Made by a program: the position numbers and the translations under genes
NCBI GenBank assembly: GCA_032718475.1
Contig: JAUCBJ010008016.1
Coordinates: 29,829 to 93,828, forward strand
Direction of reading: 5' to 3'
Source of the DNA: Nemertoderma westbladi
Taxonomy: Eukaryota; Animalia; Xenacoelomorpha
Length of the DNA stretch: 64,000 nucleotides
The notes under the pieces: generated by a model
Database searches by the model: none
What the model saw: only the letters and a program-made list of their open reading frames with translations
What the model was told of the DNA's origin: nothing
Shown here: in pieces, positions 9,545 to 22,035 of the stretch
Layout of the letters: the number at the start of each line of letters is the position of its first letter
How positions within the stretch are numbered: position 1 is the first letter of the stretch

Positions 9545-11266
9545 TTGCATTGGTTACCTGTAAATTTACGGATCAAATTTAAAATAGCTTTGTTGACATT
9601 CAAGTGTTTACATGGTGCTGCTCCTGCCTACTTGACCCATTTAATAACTCCCTATGTACCTCCACGACAATTACTGTCTGCTGATAAGGGACTTCTATTT
9701 GTACCGCAGTTTTACTTGCATAATTACGGGAGACTCGATAACCTTATTACGGCGGCCCCCCTTTCCTTCGTCGACTACGACTGGAACGAGGTTATAAACC
9801 ACGCGTTTAAAGCGGTCGAGAACATTACACCGGGAGAATCGAAAACGCCCGCCGTTATCAACTCCTGGGACGAGAGCGGACCTTACGATATCCCTACGAT
9901 TACCGAGCTTCTCGGTGCGGAGGAGCCTCTGATCTCTTCGGAAGGGGAAGAGATATGGCTAAACGAGGGTGTTCTTCTCTCCACCCCGAAGCGACAACTC
10001 GAGCCGGAGGCCGCGTATGGACCGGCCGCCAAACGAGTTGCCTCGGCCGAACCGATAAAGAGAGCAGGCGTCTACACCCCACGCGGCTCCGGTAGCCCCG
10101 CGAGAGAGGTAGCCACTACAGCTGCATTGAGCGACTTCGGCGAAATATGCCAACGGTTATCCCCGTATCCTTTCCCGGGTGGCGAAGATTGGTCGTCGGA
10201 GATTCCGAGTACCAGCCACCAACGGACCCGCTCAGCGATACTGGTCGAGGAGGGCCCCAGCGATGCGCCGACCCCCGACGATCTCCTCGGTATCCCTCCG
10301 TCGAAAACCCCGGCACCTCTTCGCCGACCAGCGGTGGCTACTACACCCGCCGTTCCTCAGGACCCTATGCGACTAACCCGTTGGTACGCCGAGCAAACTG
10401 AATGGATCCACCGCCAGAAACGGTCGTCCGAGTTGAGACCAGCGGGACACAAAGAGGGTTATCGGAGCGAGAACATACTACGCAAAAGCCTAGCATTCCG
10501 CGGGCTACCGACCACCGAGAATATTCCGAAGAGCGACCGACGACTCGAATACTACGTCGGCGTCCCGATTCCGATATTCCCCGGTCGAGAAATGCAGTTG
10601 GAGGTATGCGGCGACTGCGGCTCGGAGCAGTGCCCACGCGGCAGAAGGAATCGGGTTACCGATTCTTGCCTCCAGCTCCTCGGGATACTCTACTGCCCAT
10701 ACTGCGCGATATCGGGCCACGACGTTTCGGTCTGTCCGATCCTTTATAACCTCTGCACCACGTGCGGTTTCCGTGGACATTCCGCTAGCCCCCGCTGCTA
10801 TATCAAATGTCCAACCAAAGACGTTACCGCTATGGGCAATATGGTCATGTTTGAGACATACGCAAACAGCCACTTAAAGACCAAGTTTCGGAGAAACGCT
10901 CGGAATACCGCGCAGGAGATGGCGTGCGGATATTTCTCCTTCCCGGAACGCCTCCACACGTCGGCCACGCTACCTTTCCATTACGTGGATCTGCTACTGA
11001 GCGCCGGATTATTCGGCCCATTCGAAGTCATTAGACGATTATATTCGTATAAAGAAGAGTTCGGTGACGGAGAGTGGTTTCTCGAGGCTTGCAACTCCGA
11101 GTTGGAAAGACGAACCGACATGATCCCGATGCCTTCGAAAGGAAGAGCCGCCAGGAGACAAGCCGAAGCGTTACTCACGATGGACGTTGACGCTCCTCTA
11201 CCAGCCATAGCGATCGATGAGAGTCGACGGGCGAAGAGACGAAAGGCGTATCAGAAAAAGAAATAG
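9545..11266 (+). pseudogene. Chimeric ORF from the duplication: LINE RT C-terminal fragment fused in frame to the C-terminal ~510 aa of the extra ORF
   Basis: HWLPVNLRIKFK...HNYGR is joined to LDNLITAAP.... It has only a TTG start and lacks the exonuclease-like domain. Confidence 0.75.
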
Positions 11267-11431
11267 TGGATTGGGATATTCCAGGAACATTTATCGAATA
11301 TTTATTTTTATACAAACTCTAGGCCGAATTAATTAAAAACTATGCAATATTAAATTTGGGTTTTTTATATTGGGAATGACCTACGCAAACTCAATCGACC
11401 GACAGACTTCACGAAGGTCATTGGGGGGGAC

Positions 11432-13040
11432 TGTTCGCGGTATTTCAACTTTCCATAACGCGAGTTGAATATTTTTGTATTTATTTAAAATTGATTATTC
11501 CGATATTACTACTGGGTGCGGGACCATGGGTTTTGGGCACATTTAATAAACTGGGGGCGATTTATGGGCGAACTTTGGGGCAACTTACAGGGTACGGGAA
11601 TAATTTCATAGTTATAAGGGCCAGGGGGGATGGAAAATGCAAGCAGTATTCAGGTTAGCCTGAGTACTATTAGGCCCTGGCCAACTTCCTGCTGCCTGTA
11701 GGGGTGGATTTGGTAATGCGCCAGGCCTAAAGGACAAGGACAGCCCTTAGCGGTCCCTGGCCAACAGCAGCCATTACGAGACTGAAAAGAACTCGGACCG
11801 CTGACTGCTTGTGTCAGGGATTTGCGACGGGCACCGACGGCCCCTTAGTAGCCAAGCCGTTCTGGTTCTCGATGATCGAACCCCGGGGTTCGTGAGGGGT
11901 GGAGCGGACACGCGAACGGGTGGCCAACTTAAGACTGCCCCCTGACCTAAGCCGTACTGGTTCTCGATGACCGATCCCTTCGGGGTTCGCGAGGGGTGGG
12001 ATGGACATGCGAAAGGGCTGGCCACAGGACGGGTTTGACGAGAACTGCCCTTAGCGGTCTCTGGTCAACGGCAGCTACTACGAGACTGAAAAGAACTCGG
12101 AACGCTGACTGCTTGTACTGGGATTTGCGACGGGACCCGACGACAGACCCCTTAGCCAAGCCGTACTGGTTCTCGATGATCGTTCCCTTCGGGGTTCGTG
12201 AGGGGTGGAACGGACACGCGACGGGGTCGAAAGACAAAGGACTAGACTCGACTAGACTCTACTGGCCTACCGACTGTTCGGAGCAGTTTCTTGGCTGCCG
12301 AAGCGACTACGAGCCTGAAACGGACTCGGAAAGCCTAGGTGGTTGGGTTTCTGTGATGAACCGACGGACCCCTAGCCAAGCCGTTCTGGTTCTCGATGAT
12401 CGAACCCTTCGGGGTTCGTGAGAGGTGGAACGGACACGCGAACGGGTCCACCGACACGACAGACTCCTAGCCAAGCCGTACTGGTTCTCGATGACCGAAC
12501 CCTTCGGGGTTCGAGAGGGGTGGTACGGATACGCGACAGAGTCTACCGACTGGACCGACCCTTAGCCAAGCCGTGCTGGTTCTCGATGATCGTTCCCTTC
12601 GGGGTTCGTGAGGGGTGGAACGGACACGCGACAGGGTCGACCGACACCGACACTACGGCACTAAGACTGGGACCGAGGGAAAATCTGGGGAACATTAGGT
12701 AGGCTAAAATTCTGAGCGAACAGTGGGTTATTAAATAATCTACCGTAGGGATTTATATTATCGTGTATAATTATTGTGAATATTTGGTGTATATTGATTT
12801 GGGGAAGCCCAAAATTATTCTTAATCAGGTTTCAATGATGTTGAACAGGTTTCAACTATAGGAAGTTACATTAAAGAGTATATCCAACTAATGCAGCTTT
12901 TTATCAACCGCAAACTTGCATCTTAGAAAATATTCCCTCCCCACAATCAATATCCGGTGACTGGCCGGGGCTCGGTGGTCTGTTAAGTCACGTCTCCAGC
13001 ATCGGCGTTTTTCCCCCCTGGTGTTGGGATAACGGCAACA
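11432..13040 (+). repeat. Second copy of the element 1 3' LTR (from the tandem duplication)
   Basis: Near-identical to 7930-9537, with the same PPT upstream and the same LINE flank downstream. Confidence 0.8.
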
Positions 13041-13510
13041 TAAACGTTTGCATTGGTTACCTGTAAATTTACGGATCAAATTTAAAATAGCTTTGTTGAC
13101 ATTCAAGTGTTTACATGGTGCTGCTCCTGCCTACTTGACCCATTTAATAACTCCCTATGTACCTCCACGACAATTACTGTCTGCTGATAAGGGACTTCTA
13201 TTTGTACCGCAGTTTTACTTGCATAATTACGGGAGACGGGCGTTCTCAATTGCGGCACCAACAATCTGGAACTCCCTCCCGCAAGAAGTTAGAGATGCCA
13301 CGACGCTGACTCTGTTTGAATCGCGACTCAAAACTCACCTGTACAAAGAGGAATATTGCTGATTTTTATTTAATATTGTTCAAACTTTTTAGTTATTAAT
13401 TAATTCTCTGTACGTAGCCTTTTTAGTTGGTTTCAAATAGTTTTTAAGCGCCTTGAAATATGTTCAGAAAGGCGCTATATAAATATATATTATTATTAGT
13501 ATTATTATTT
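13041..13510 (+). mobile_element. 3' end of an L2/CR1-group LINE (RT C-terminus, 3' UTR, terminal stem-loop, (TAT)n tail); insertion target of element 1
   Basis: LHWLPVNLRIKFK...APAYL...GRRAFSIAAPTIWNSLP...LKTHLY is typical of the L2/CR1 ORF2 end. The hairpin agcgcctt...aaggcgct is followed by atataaat and tattattatt. Confidence 0.88.
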
Positions 13511-14594
13511 GTTTAGACCAGTTGGTTAACAGAGAAAAAGTCGCAAACAGGCTGCCGGCGATAGCTATGGACGGTCAGATTTAAGCGACGGCGGGATTTC
13601 AGGACATTGAGCTTGTGGGTACAATGATGTTGCATCATAATTATATAGAACATCATGGCTTATGTGCGTGCCATCAAACATTGTGCACCATGCGTAACAT
13701 TCTCGTACAATTACAATCCAGAGGTCTGGACACCTCGACAGTAAGAGCCCATGAATGTATGCCATGTAACATCAGGCGGCACCTTGGTGCACGGATAAGT
13801 TTAACCTTTACGAAGCTACACAACTCGGCTGAATCACTCATCGTGGACAGCCAGATCGTGGCAGTGGCAGACAATGATTTCCCTTTGCGGGCGGATAACT
13901 TCCGCCGAACTCCTATCCATGACCATTGACCACGACAAGATGTATCTGAAATTATTTAATAAACATGCCCCACAAATACATGAAAATCATGTTACTAAAG
14001 ATCATACATAGGCTGATTGAAGTAAGTGTTCACTGTCAGGAGATCGGATCGGTCTTCTTACTGTGAAAAAAATAAAAGCACATTCATTCCTTTAATTTAA
14101 TTCGGTCTAAGACTACAACTTAAAATATAAGCTCATACATACCTAGTGTTGCTATTTTCGGACAAAAAAAAATCGTGAAATTATGATTTCTAATAATCTA
14201 CATAGCGATCAGTATGCGGGTTGTTGTTACTATTGCATCGCGTAGTGTGGTGTTTCATGCTTCTACAGTGTCTGACGCATAAATTTCGTCCACCTGCCCG
14301 ACCATTGACTATTTCAGTTTGGTTGACCGCGTACTGCCTATTCATGTGTTCATGCTGGCGTTTTTTTGTTCATGCTCACCTCCAACGTGTTGGAACATAA
14401 TATCTGGCCTGGCTTAGGTACTTTACCGCGTATACATATTGCGAACAAATTCCCCTTGTATCTGCCAACCTTACCTCCACACACCAAAGCGTTTTCTTAG
14501 TAATTACATCACAAACACACCACTTATTTATCTTTCGTGACTATCAATGTAAACTTGACTTCATAGTAATAAATTACTGAGGTAATGCCAAGAA

Positions 14595-14878
14595 TTAAAC
14601 GCGGAAGTTATAGAGATACAAAAATGGCTGAAGTAAATCTCATAATACAAACAATATCCGGGTTATAGGTTGCGGGCACGATACGACAGTGTGGGGGACG
14701 TGAGTTAAACAGAGCCGAATAGATTAATGATGTTATCTACTCATATAGCTATGAAGGGTATTTACCAAGTTGGAGTTATTGCCAAGTATTGACTTACTGA
14801 TAAAAGGTAATGCAATAGTTATAGTTAGTGATATGAGTAATAATGAAATTCGGTTGTGGTAGCAAGGTGGCGCAAAAC
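14595..14878. repeat. Dispersed ~280-bp repeat, copy 1 (unclassified)
   Basis: Highly similar to 15984-16260 (aatctcataatacaaacaatatccgggttataggttg...caaggtggcgcaa). Confidence 0.8.
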
Positions 14879-15415
14879 AAATCCATAATGAAAAACAATT
14901 AATCCAATATTGTAATATCAAACTACGAATTTTAATACGAAAATCGTAACCCATAAACCGATGTTTGAGCGATTTCTATGCCCTAAAGATAGGCTGTCTG
15001 GATTAACGGTCGGGGGCGGGCTAATAATTCAGATCTTTGTAGGGCTCTAGTGGAACAAAGTTTATTGACTCATGGATGAGACCGAGACAGATTATTTGTC
15101 TCAAGAGGTTGCCCTAGTGTGACCCTTAACTGCAGTATTATATAGGCCGCCAAGGCCAAGGTCACGTATACATTTTAACATTAAGTGGACCGCGTCCTTC
15201 TAGGTTCCCTACTGCGGCACTATGAACAAGGACTTCGCTCTAACTTCTTTGTTTCAGCCAATTAGGCAACTGGAGACCCTTCGGTCTGTGCCACACTACT
15301 GTAAAAGGCAAACCGTCAATGTACGCAGCTAAAATCCAAAACAAGCTGTTTTCCCAACGACCAGTTTATCAGTGTGAGGCCGTTTGGATATTTACTATCA
15401 TTTCTGCTTGAGTCC

Positions 15416-15623
15416 CGTGGGTTGGGTGAATTCTTAGCCCGCGGGTATTCTTAGCCCGCGAGTTAGTAAAGGAGCGGGTTTGGCGTATTGGGGGAACCAA
15501 AACAATAAACGTTCTTGTTTTGCGGGCTAAGAATACCCACGGGCTAAGAATACTCGCGGGCTAAGAAAACCCACGGGCTAAGAATTCTCGCGGGCTAAGA
15601 ATTCCCCACAAGACCTGCCCACG
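15416..15623. mobile_element. MITE/foldback-like element with inverted subterminal 18-bp repeats
   Basis: ttcttagcccgcg x2 on the left and cgggctaagaa x5 on the right. The ends are cgtggg...cccacg. Confidence 0.6.
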
Positions 15624-15983
15624 CAGAGCGAGTTTCTCATTTAGGTGAAGTAGAAATTCAAACCTTTGGTCCAGAATACAAAATATAACGAGACATATTG
15701 GGGGGAAATTGATGAATTACAGTATAATATCCCATCTTGCAGAAGAAACATTGTTACAAATGTCATTAAGAGGAAGGAGCAGCTTACACTGGCATGGCAC
15801 AGTGGCACAGTGGTGGTGGCACAGACTAATTTTTGTTCGTAAACAAAAACTGTACTGTACTTGTACTCAAACAGCCATTTGAGCATCACTATTTACCTAA
15901 ACAGGATTCCATTTTGAGTGCGTCGATAGTCCCCCTAATCCTTATAATTTCTTCATGGTATGATCTCGGCGTTATTGCTATCT

Positions 15984-16260
15984 TAAACCCGGAAGTTAGC
16001 GAGACACAATTAGCTGAACTAAATCTCATAATACAAACAATATCCGGGTTATAGGTTGACGGCACGACAGTGTGGGGGACGTGAGTTAAACAGAGCCGAA
16101 TAGATTAATGATGTTATCTACTCGTATAGCTATGAAGGGTATTTACCAAGTTGGATTTATTGCCAAGAATTATTGACTTACTGATAAAAGGTAATGCAAT
16201 AGTTATAGTTAGTGATATGAGTAATAATGAAATTCGGTTGTGGTAGCAAGGTGGCGCAAC
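15984..16260. repeat. Dispersed ~280-bp repeat, copy 2
   Basis: Direct-orientation match to 14595-14878. Confidence 0.8.
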
Positions 16261-16294
16261 ACATACCATGACAACTTTCCAAAAAAAATATATA

Positions 16295-17264
16295 ATCGGC
16301 ATGCTGCATTGTAGCTGCATTAGGAATGCTATGCTGGCTTAATGTACCGAACAAATTACGTAACACAACTCCCTATCACCAATGACTTCAAATCTTCGAA
16401 GCCTCTCAAAGACCAAGAAAATCATGACAAAATTGGGGGACGCTGCAAACTTCGCCCTCAAAATAAGTGTTTAACAACCTCGTTTATTATTTTGGTTAGA
16501 AACCTGTAACCCATCGCGGCATCGTGTCTGTAACCCATCGTGTCTGTAACCTGCTCCTTTCCCCCAATCGGGCGAAGGTTGGACGCGGGCGAAGATTGAC
16601 CCATCCGTAGTAGGCAAGGTTCCATAACGTATAAGGTATAATATGTATGTCCCTGCAGGTCGGATGCCCAATTGTTACAAGGTATGGAAGGTACAAATAT
16701 TATATAAAACAGTTCAACTTATGTTTGGTTATAGTTTTCACATTATAGACATTTGGAATTTTTTATTACTCTATTTAAAACTATCAGTAAAGTTGTAGAT
16801 ATGAAGGGGGTAATTTTGTTATAAAAAAAAGTTTTTCAAAACGACAAATCTGATGAGCATGATATCGTCAGTGATAATTGTAATTTAAGAAACTAACTAT
16901 ACCGCTCGTGAAGACTTCTCACCCTCCGTGGTTTCCTACTAAACAATCTGTTAGACCCCCAGTATTAAAGACTGTGATTGTGTAAATAGAATTTGGGTAA
17001 AAATTGTTTAGTGATCGACCTTGTTTCCATGAGGTTGCCGTGAGGACCAGCCAGTGCATAATCTTGTACTTTGGTAGCCTCATGGAGTGAATAAGCATGG
17101 TGGACAGTCCATGACTTTCTTGAGACGCATCTTAAAGGACACTGGCCTTGAAGATTTGGATGATCTAGCAAATGTCATGGGTGATAGGGAGTTGTGGCGG
17201 TGCAATTTTGTCGATAAGCCGGCACAGCATTCTTAAAAATGCAGCTGCAATGCAGCATGCCGAT
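16295..17264. repeat. Imperfect ~50-bp inverted repeat pair (16295-16341 / 17215-17264); possible old TIR element
   Basis: atcggcatgctgcattgtagctgcat...gctggctta versus taagccggc...atgcagctgcaatgcagcatgccgat. Confidence 0.55.
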
Positions 17265-17704
17265 CCTAGTAGTTGTTTCCATGGATTGGAGGGCACTTTT
17301 AATTTTCCAGTTTTTATTTCTCAACTATTTCATGATAAATATAATTGCGCCAGGAAGATTCTGAAACATTATATAATAACTGAAAATTAAATAAAAGGCA
17401 TTAAAATTAATTATTGGCTTGCGATTTTAAAATATTTGAATACCTTTTAATATATTTTTATTATATGTCTCAGTGCAATATCTTCATACATAAAAATACA
17501 TTCTTGGCGTTTTTCTGTTTCTTCTTAATCTTACAAGTACGAAGTCAAAATTATTTCAGCGAAAAAATAACATTTCAACATTACAATGGAAACGCGAATG
17601 TCGTCCTATATTGTTTAAATTAAACATATATACAGAGAGAACAACATACTGACATAGTAAAAGGTGAAAAAGAAATAATAATAAAGGATTGACTAGTGAA
17701 TTTG

Positions 17705-18885
17705 TGTTCGCGCTTTTGAAGACCTTTAGCAGTTTAACCTGCCAAAATTTATATGTCTTTTAGTTAATTAACACACCTTTAGCATACGACAATATTTTAT
17801 GCTAATAAACAAAACATTAGCCGAAGCCAGCCCATGCGCGATCATTCACCCGATGGATCTACACCCGGGAGGCTGAATTCGGATGCTTAGATTTTATTAT
17901 TGCAGTGTAAGGTTGCAGTGTAAGCCTACTGTATTATTCGATTGATCGCTAATATGTAATTTCTGACAGATATTATTAACTTTCGGGAAATATTAACAGT
18001 TCCTTTAGGACGTGGCGCTCTATCTATTTAAACAGAGCTAGGACTTATACTAAACGCAACGATAAGGCTTATGATTAAAGTATAAGTCGCATTCTTTAGG
18101 AAATGCTTTGTTACCAGTCACATCACACTCACAATCATGCACACTATTCTGCCGACCGTCAGTATATTTGATCACACATAAAGAGAACAGCAATTGACTC
18201 AGGTAGTGTCTACTAAATAACATTAGATTCAATACACACCACATTGATATAAATCGCAATTGTTATATATAGCCGGTCTCTCTAACCTGTAGTGTATCAA
18301 GAAATTGGGAAATTTGGGTGATTTATCAATATTCTCCAAATGACAATATTTCATCAACAAATCGATACAATTAATAACTGACGGTAAATAGCAGTACAAA
18401 CAATATGATTAGTGCAATTAAATTAAGTGAGGTAACACTGCCGGTAACAGTTATACTTTCTATAATCTAAGCAGTTTTACTAGAGTTGTTCCAAAAGCCG
18501 GTGTTATGGCGAAAATGGGAACACAACAACAGAAACATGTGACTACTGCTCTATATGAAGATACCAAAAACTCTTATTCCACGAAGCCCCGTTCAACACA
18601 GAGGATGAGCATAGAGATAGGAAATTCAGTTCAGTAGCGCTGGGATAGGTCGAAATCAACGCCCACGCAAATTCTATTGGCCGACACGGGCAGCAAGGCT
18701 AAGGCAACCTCTCTAAGCTAGTTGGCCGATTAAACTGAGCCCAGATATCTCCGTATAGCACATCAGCCAATAAGCTGGTAGCTTGCACTATTTTAGTTAT
18801 AAATCCCTTTGAGAGTATTCTAGCGACTGGGGGGGAACTGGCCAGCAAAGGCAAACGTATCAGTTATCCCACAAAAGCTTTTACA
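17705..18885 (-). repeat. 3' LTR of element 2
   Basis: No differences seen by eye from 27356-28536. Minus-strand ends are TGTAAAAG...CGCGAACA. Confidence 0.95.
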
Positions 18886-18971
18886 CCGCTCCCAGAAAAT
18901 GGGATTTAAGTCTATAAAATATACAAAATCACAGTTTCTCAAATACGAAAATACTCTAAACAGTTAGTCTT

Positions 18972-20412
18972 TCATGCGCGGACGGCGTTTACGCAGTTTT
19001 TTAAAGCTAGCCAGAGTCTTTTTCTCTTTGGGGCGAGCCACTTTACAAGGAGGGCTATAACTCCTGGGTGAAGGGTGCAATATGATTGCATCAGAGGGTA
19101 TAGGATTATGGTCGGTGTATCCGCCAGTCGAAGTGCCGAGTTGATTGACATCAACGTCGGGGAGAGGGGTCTAACGGCTTTGAGAGCTCGTTTCAAGACA
19201 GCCGCTCTTACGGGTCCTTTACGAGTGGTCTGAACGAGGGCCGTGGATGGACCATAGGCAGTTAGAAACTTCCTTGGTTTAATGGTTCTTTCCAACTCGC
19301 GTTCGCGGGCTCGGTACTCGTAAGGCCGTCGATATACTTCCTGTAACTCGGGGTGTGAGTTGACAAATAAGTCTCCATAGGCCGGATCTTGACGGATAAA
19401 GTTTATTAAGTTGTAAGAATTGATGTCACTCGGATTAATGCTCCTGAGAAATTTGCGTACATATTTGGTTGAAATACATTCTCCAACGCGCTTCAGTAGT
19501 TCATAACTTGATAGGCGTGATTTCTGCTCGACGGAGGCAAACAAATAAGGATGGAACGCATAAACTCTTTCGTAAGCGCGTCGAGGGTAATAGCGATGGC
19601 GTGAATCACAATGTAAATCAGCGCTCGCTTCCCAAGCTCTGATGTAACGTAGTGTGATCATTTCATCTACGCTTTCCAAATCGTTACTAAAAAGGGCAAT
19701 CGAAACTGGCGCGTCCCTTTAGTTGACAATGGTGACATTGAGTCATAAATTGAGGGCAAACCGCAAAAATGTGCAAGTTATTGAGTCTGTAATACGCGCA
19801 ATAAATTTCCATCGTCGGTTGTTCGTGGAAATAGGAACAGCGGACGTCTGTGTCCATGGGCGTAACATGGTCTCTCGATGCGCATAACCGACAACGTTGC
19901 CGAGAAACATAGTTGGCATGGCGATAATCGTACGCAGTGAGACACTGTGGACTTTGATACCATTCTAGGAGGTAATCGTTGTCGTTGTTCCGGGCGCGAT
20001 AGGCTGAATCTCCTCAGATTCTAGGCATATTGGTTCGTACTCCCAGTCTGTTACGAATAGAATTTTCGTGATCTATTCTCGGTTTATCGTTACGACGCCG
20101 CTGGGTATGATATTTAAATAGAACCATTTCCCCTTCGGTGTCTACATCGTCCGTATCATGTAAATCGATAGGATGGCCGGTAGTTAAGAAGTCCATATAC
20201 GTACCATTACGATGCGTATAGCGAGCGGTTAATTTTCGATAGTCCAATTCACGCGTAAGTTGCTCTTGGGACATCGGCGGTTCGATATAACGACCATCGT
20301 CCTCCGTAATAGTCGGATCGGCTTCACCGCGTATCAAGCTATCCACAAACGCTTGTAAAGGTAGAGTATATCGCTCTCTAATACCAAGGTCATCTTCTAT
20401 CAATTCCGTCAT
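18972..20412 (-). pseudogene. Decayed extra ORF of element 2 (~480 codons), homologous to the Zn-knuckle/C-terminal part of the element 1 extra ORF
   Basis: The frame of ORF 20412-20014 continues past one TGA as GDSAYR...CRLCASRDH...IYCAYYRLNNLHIFAVCPQFMTQCHHCQLKGRASFDCPF. A 1-nt frameshift in a T5 run (~19690) then joins ORF 19679-18972. Confidence 0.8.
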
Positions 20413-21221
20413 ATCTGCTATCTGAGTTTATTAATATCAGTATGAGTTAATATTTAGGCAAGCGGGCGTCGCTGCCTACTAGTCTTTGCCCCCGGACAGT
20501 GGGTTTCTCAGCGCCGATGTACCGTGGTCGCGGTGTTTACGCCAACATGTAGCAACAGCACGACAACGATAACCGGCACAAGTCCCACCACTGTCCGTCC
20601 CAAAAGCTTGAATCCACTTGAGGTTATCTCGGTAGAGTTAGGGCTATTTTACAATTGCGATTAGCTACTGTAAACACACTTTAGTAGTAACATTCACCTA
20701 TAAACGCACAAATTCCATACAATCATTACTTATTGCACACATGCATGCCATTTGTCCGTTAGTCAGTGTCTTCCAGAATGTCACGTTATTACTATGTATC
20801 CTTGGATACTAATAGTGCGCTATGTATTCTCTTATGCTACGCAATGGGGCAAGCTTTTTATTGTTCCTTTAACTTGCTTCTAATTCTAGCGTGGGTGTTG
20901 CCATGGTGACATTATGGAAAACTAGCGGTAGAATTAGGGTAATTCTCATGCATACAGATCTGGGATGTTATTTAATAGTAATTCTTTAATTGTCAATATC
21001 CTCTTTATGCATGATTTTATAAATTTTATCGGCTATTGACTATATATTGGAGATTCTCGCACTCTAGTACACTCAATATGAATCTCCGCTCCCATGATCT
21101 ATTAATTACTGGAATTTTGGGAATGTTATAAATTGCACAAATGACAATTTATGAAATTCATTTGAATATGAATTTAAATTTATTCCCTCGAATTTTATTA
21201 TTTGATGTTAAATTGGCACAA

Positions 21222-21512
21222 ATTTTATTCCAGAGCATATCTGGGGACTTAGGATCCTTAATTCTATAAAATCGTCCTTTTAAGAGTATCGGTAAGTGCT
21301 GCGATATCTTAATTGACTAGAAATTTTAAAGGATCGGAATTTTACAGATTTTAATAAATATTAAATTAATATTTTGGATGGGCACCGATTTATTCCAGAA
21401 CTTGTCTGGGGACGTTAACCACTGATTCTAGAATTTGTCTTTCAAGTATATCGGTGGGTGCCACGATATCTTAATCGACTAGAATTACAGATGGTCAAAA
21501 AGTTTAACAGAT
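21222..21512. repeat. Diverged ~130-bp direct repeat in the element 2 spacer
   Basis: tttattccaga...tctggggac...tatcggt...cgatatcttaat.gactagaa at ~21223 and ~21389. Confidence 0.7.
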
Positions 21513-22035
21513 TTATTTGCGATTTACGCCACTGTTAGAGGGACATCACGCTACTATATGTATTATTTAATATAAGGTAGAAGAGCAATATCGCACGAAG
21601 CAATGTCAGTGTGAAGAGGCAAGTCGTTTCCAAGGTCTACCCAGAGCTTGGTTTAGCCGAGACACGAGGATCTGAACTTTGCATTCCTAATACTCTGCCT
21701 ACCAATAATACTTAAATATAGTAGTGGCTTTATTGTACTTTAAGAAGTACTGACATGTCATCTTACTATAGTCTCGCATTTATAATATAATACGGACAGT
21801 AAGGAAAGAGAAAAATAATTATTTCTCGCCGTCGCACTAAATATATATTATAAGTAATTACGTACGTAATAAACACTAATATATTGCACTAATCTACTAA
21901 ATAATCACTAAAATAACATTCTACTAAATAAAATTAAAGGAAATGATTATAATAAAATTACATAATAATACATACATAAATATAAAATAAAAACAAATAT
22001 AAAATGATATAGTCACACGCCCACTCCATATGTTA

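Larger units (their letters stand above)
6232..13237 (+). repeat. Head-to-tail tandem duplication of ~3.5 kb (6232-9733 and 9734-13237)
   Basis: Near-identical copies at offset 3502/3503. I noticed about four substitutions and one 1-bp indel. The junction gggagac|tcgataac joins LINE sequence to the middle of the extra ORF. Confidence 0.95.

Noticed and set aside
7930-13040. An independent LTR element bounded by the two 1.6-kb LTRs
   Set aside because: There is no TSD or PBS. Identity extends beyond both LTRs into ORF and LINE flanks, showing a segmental tandem duplication.
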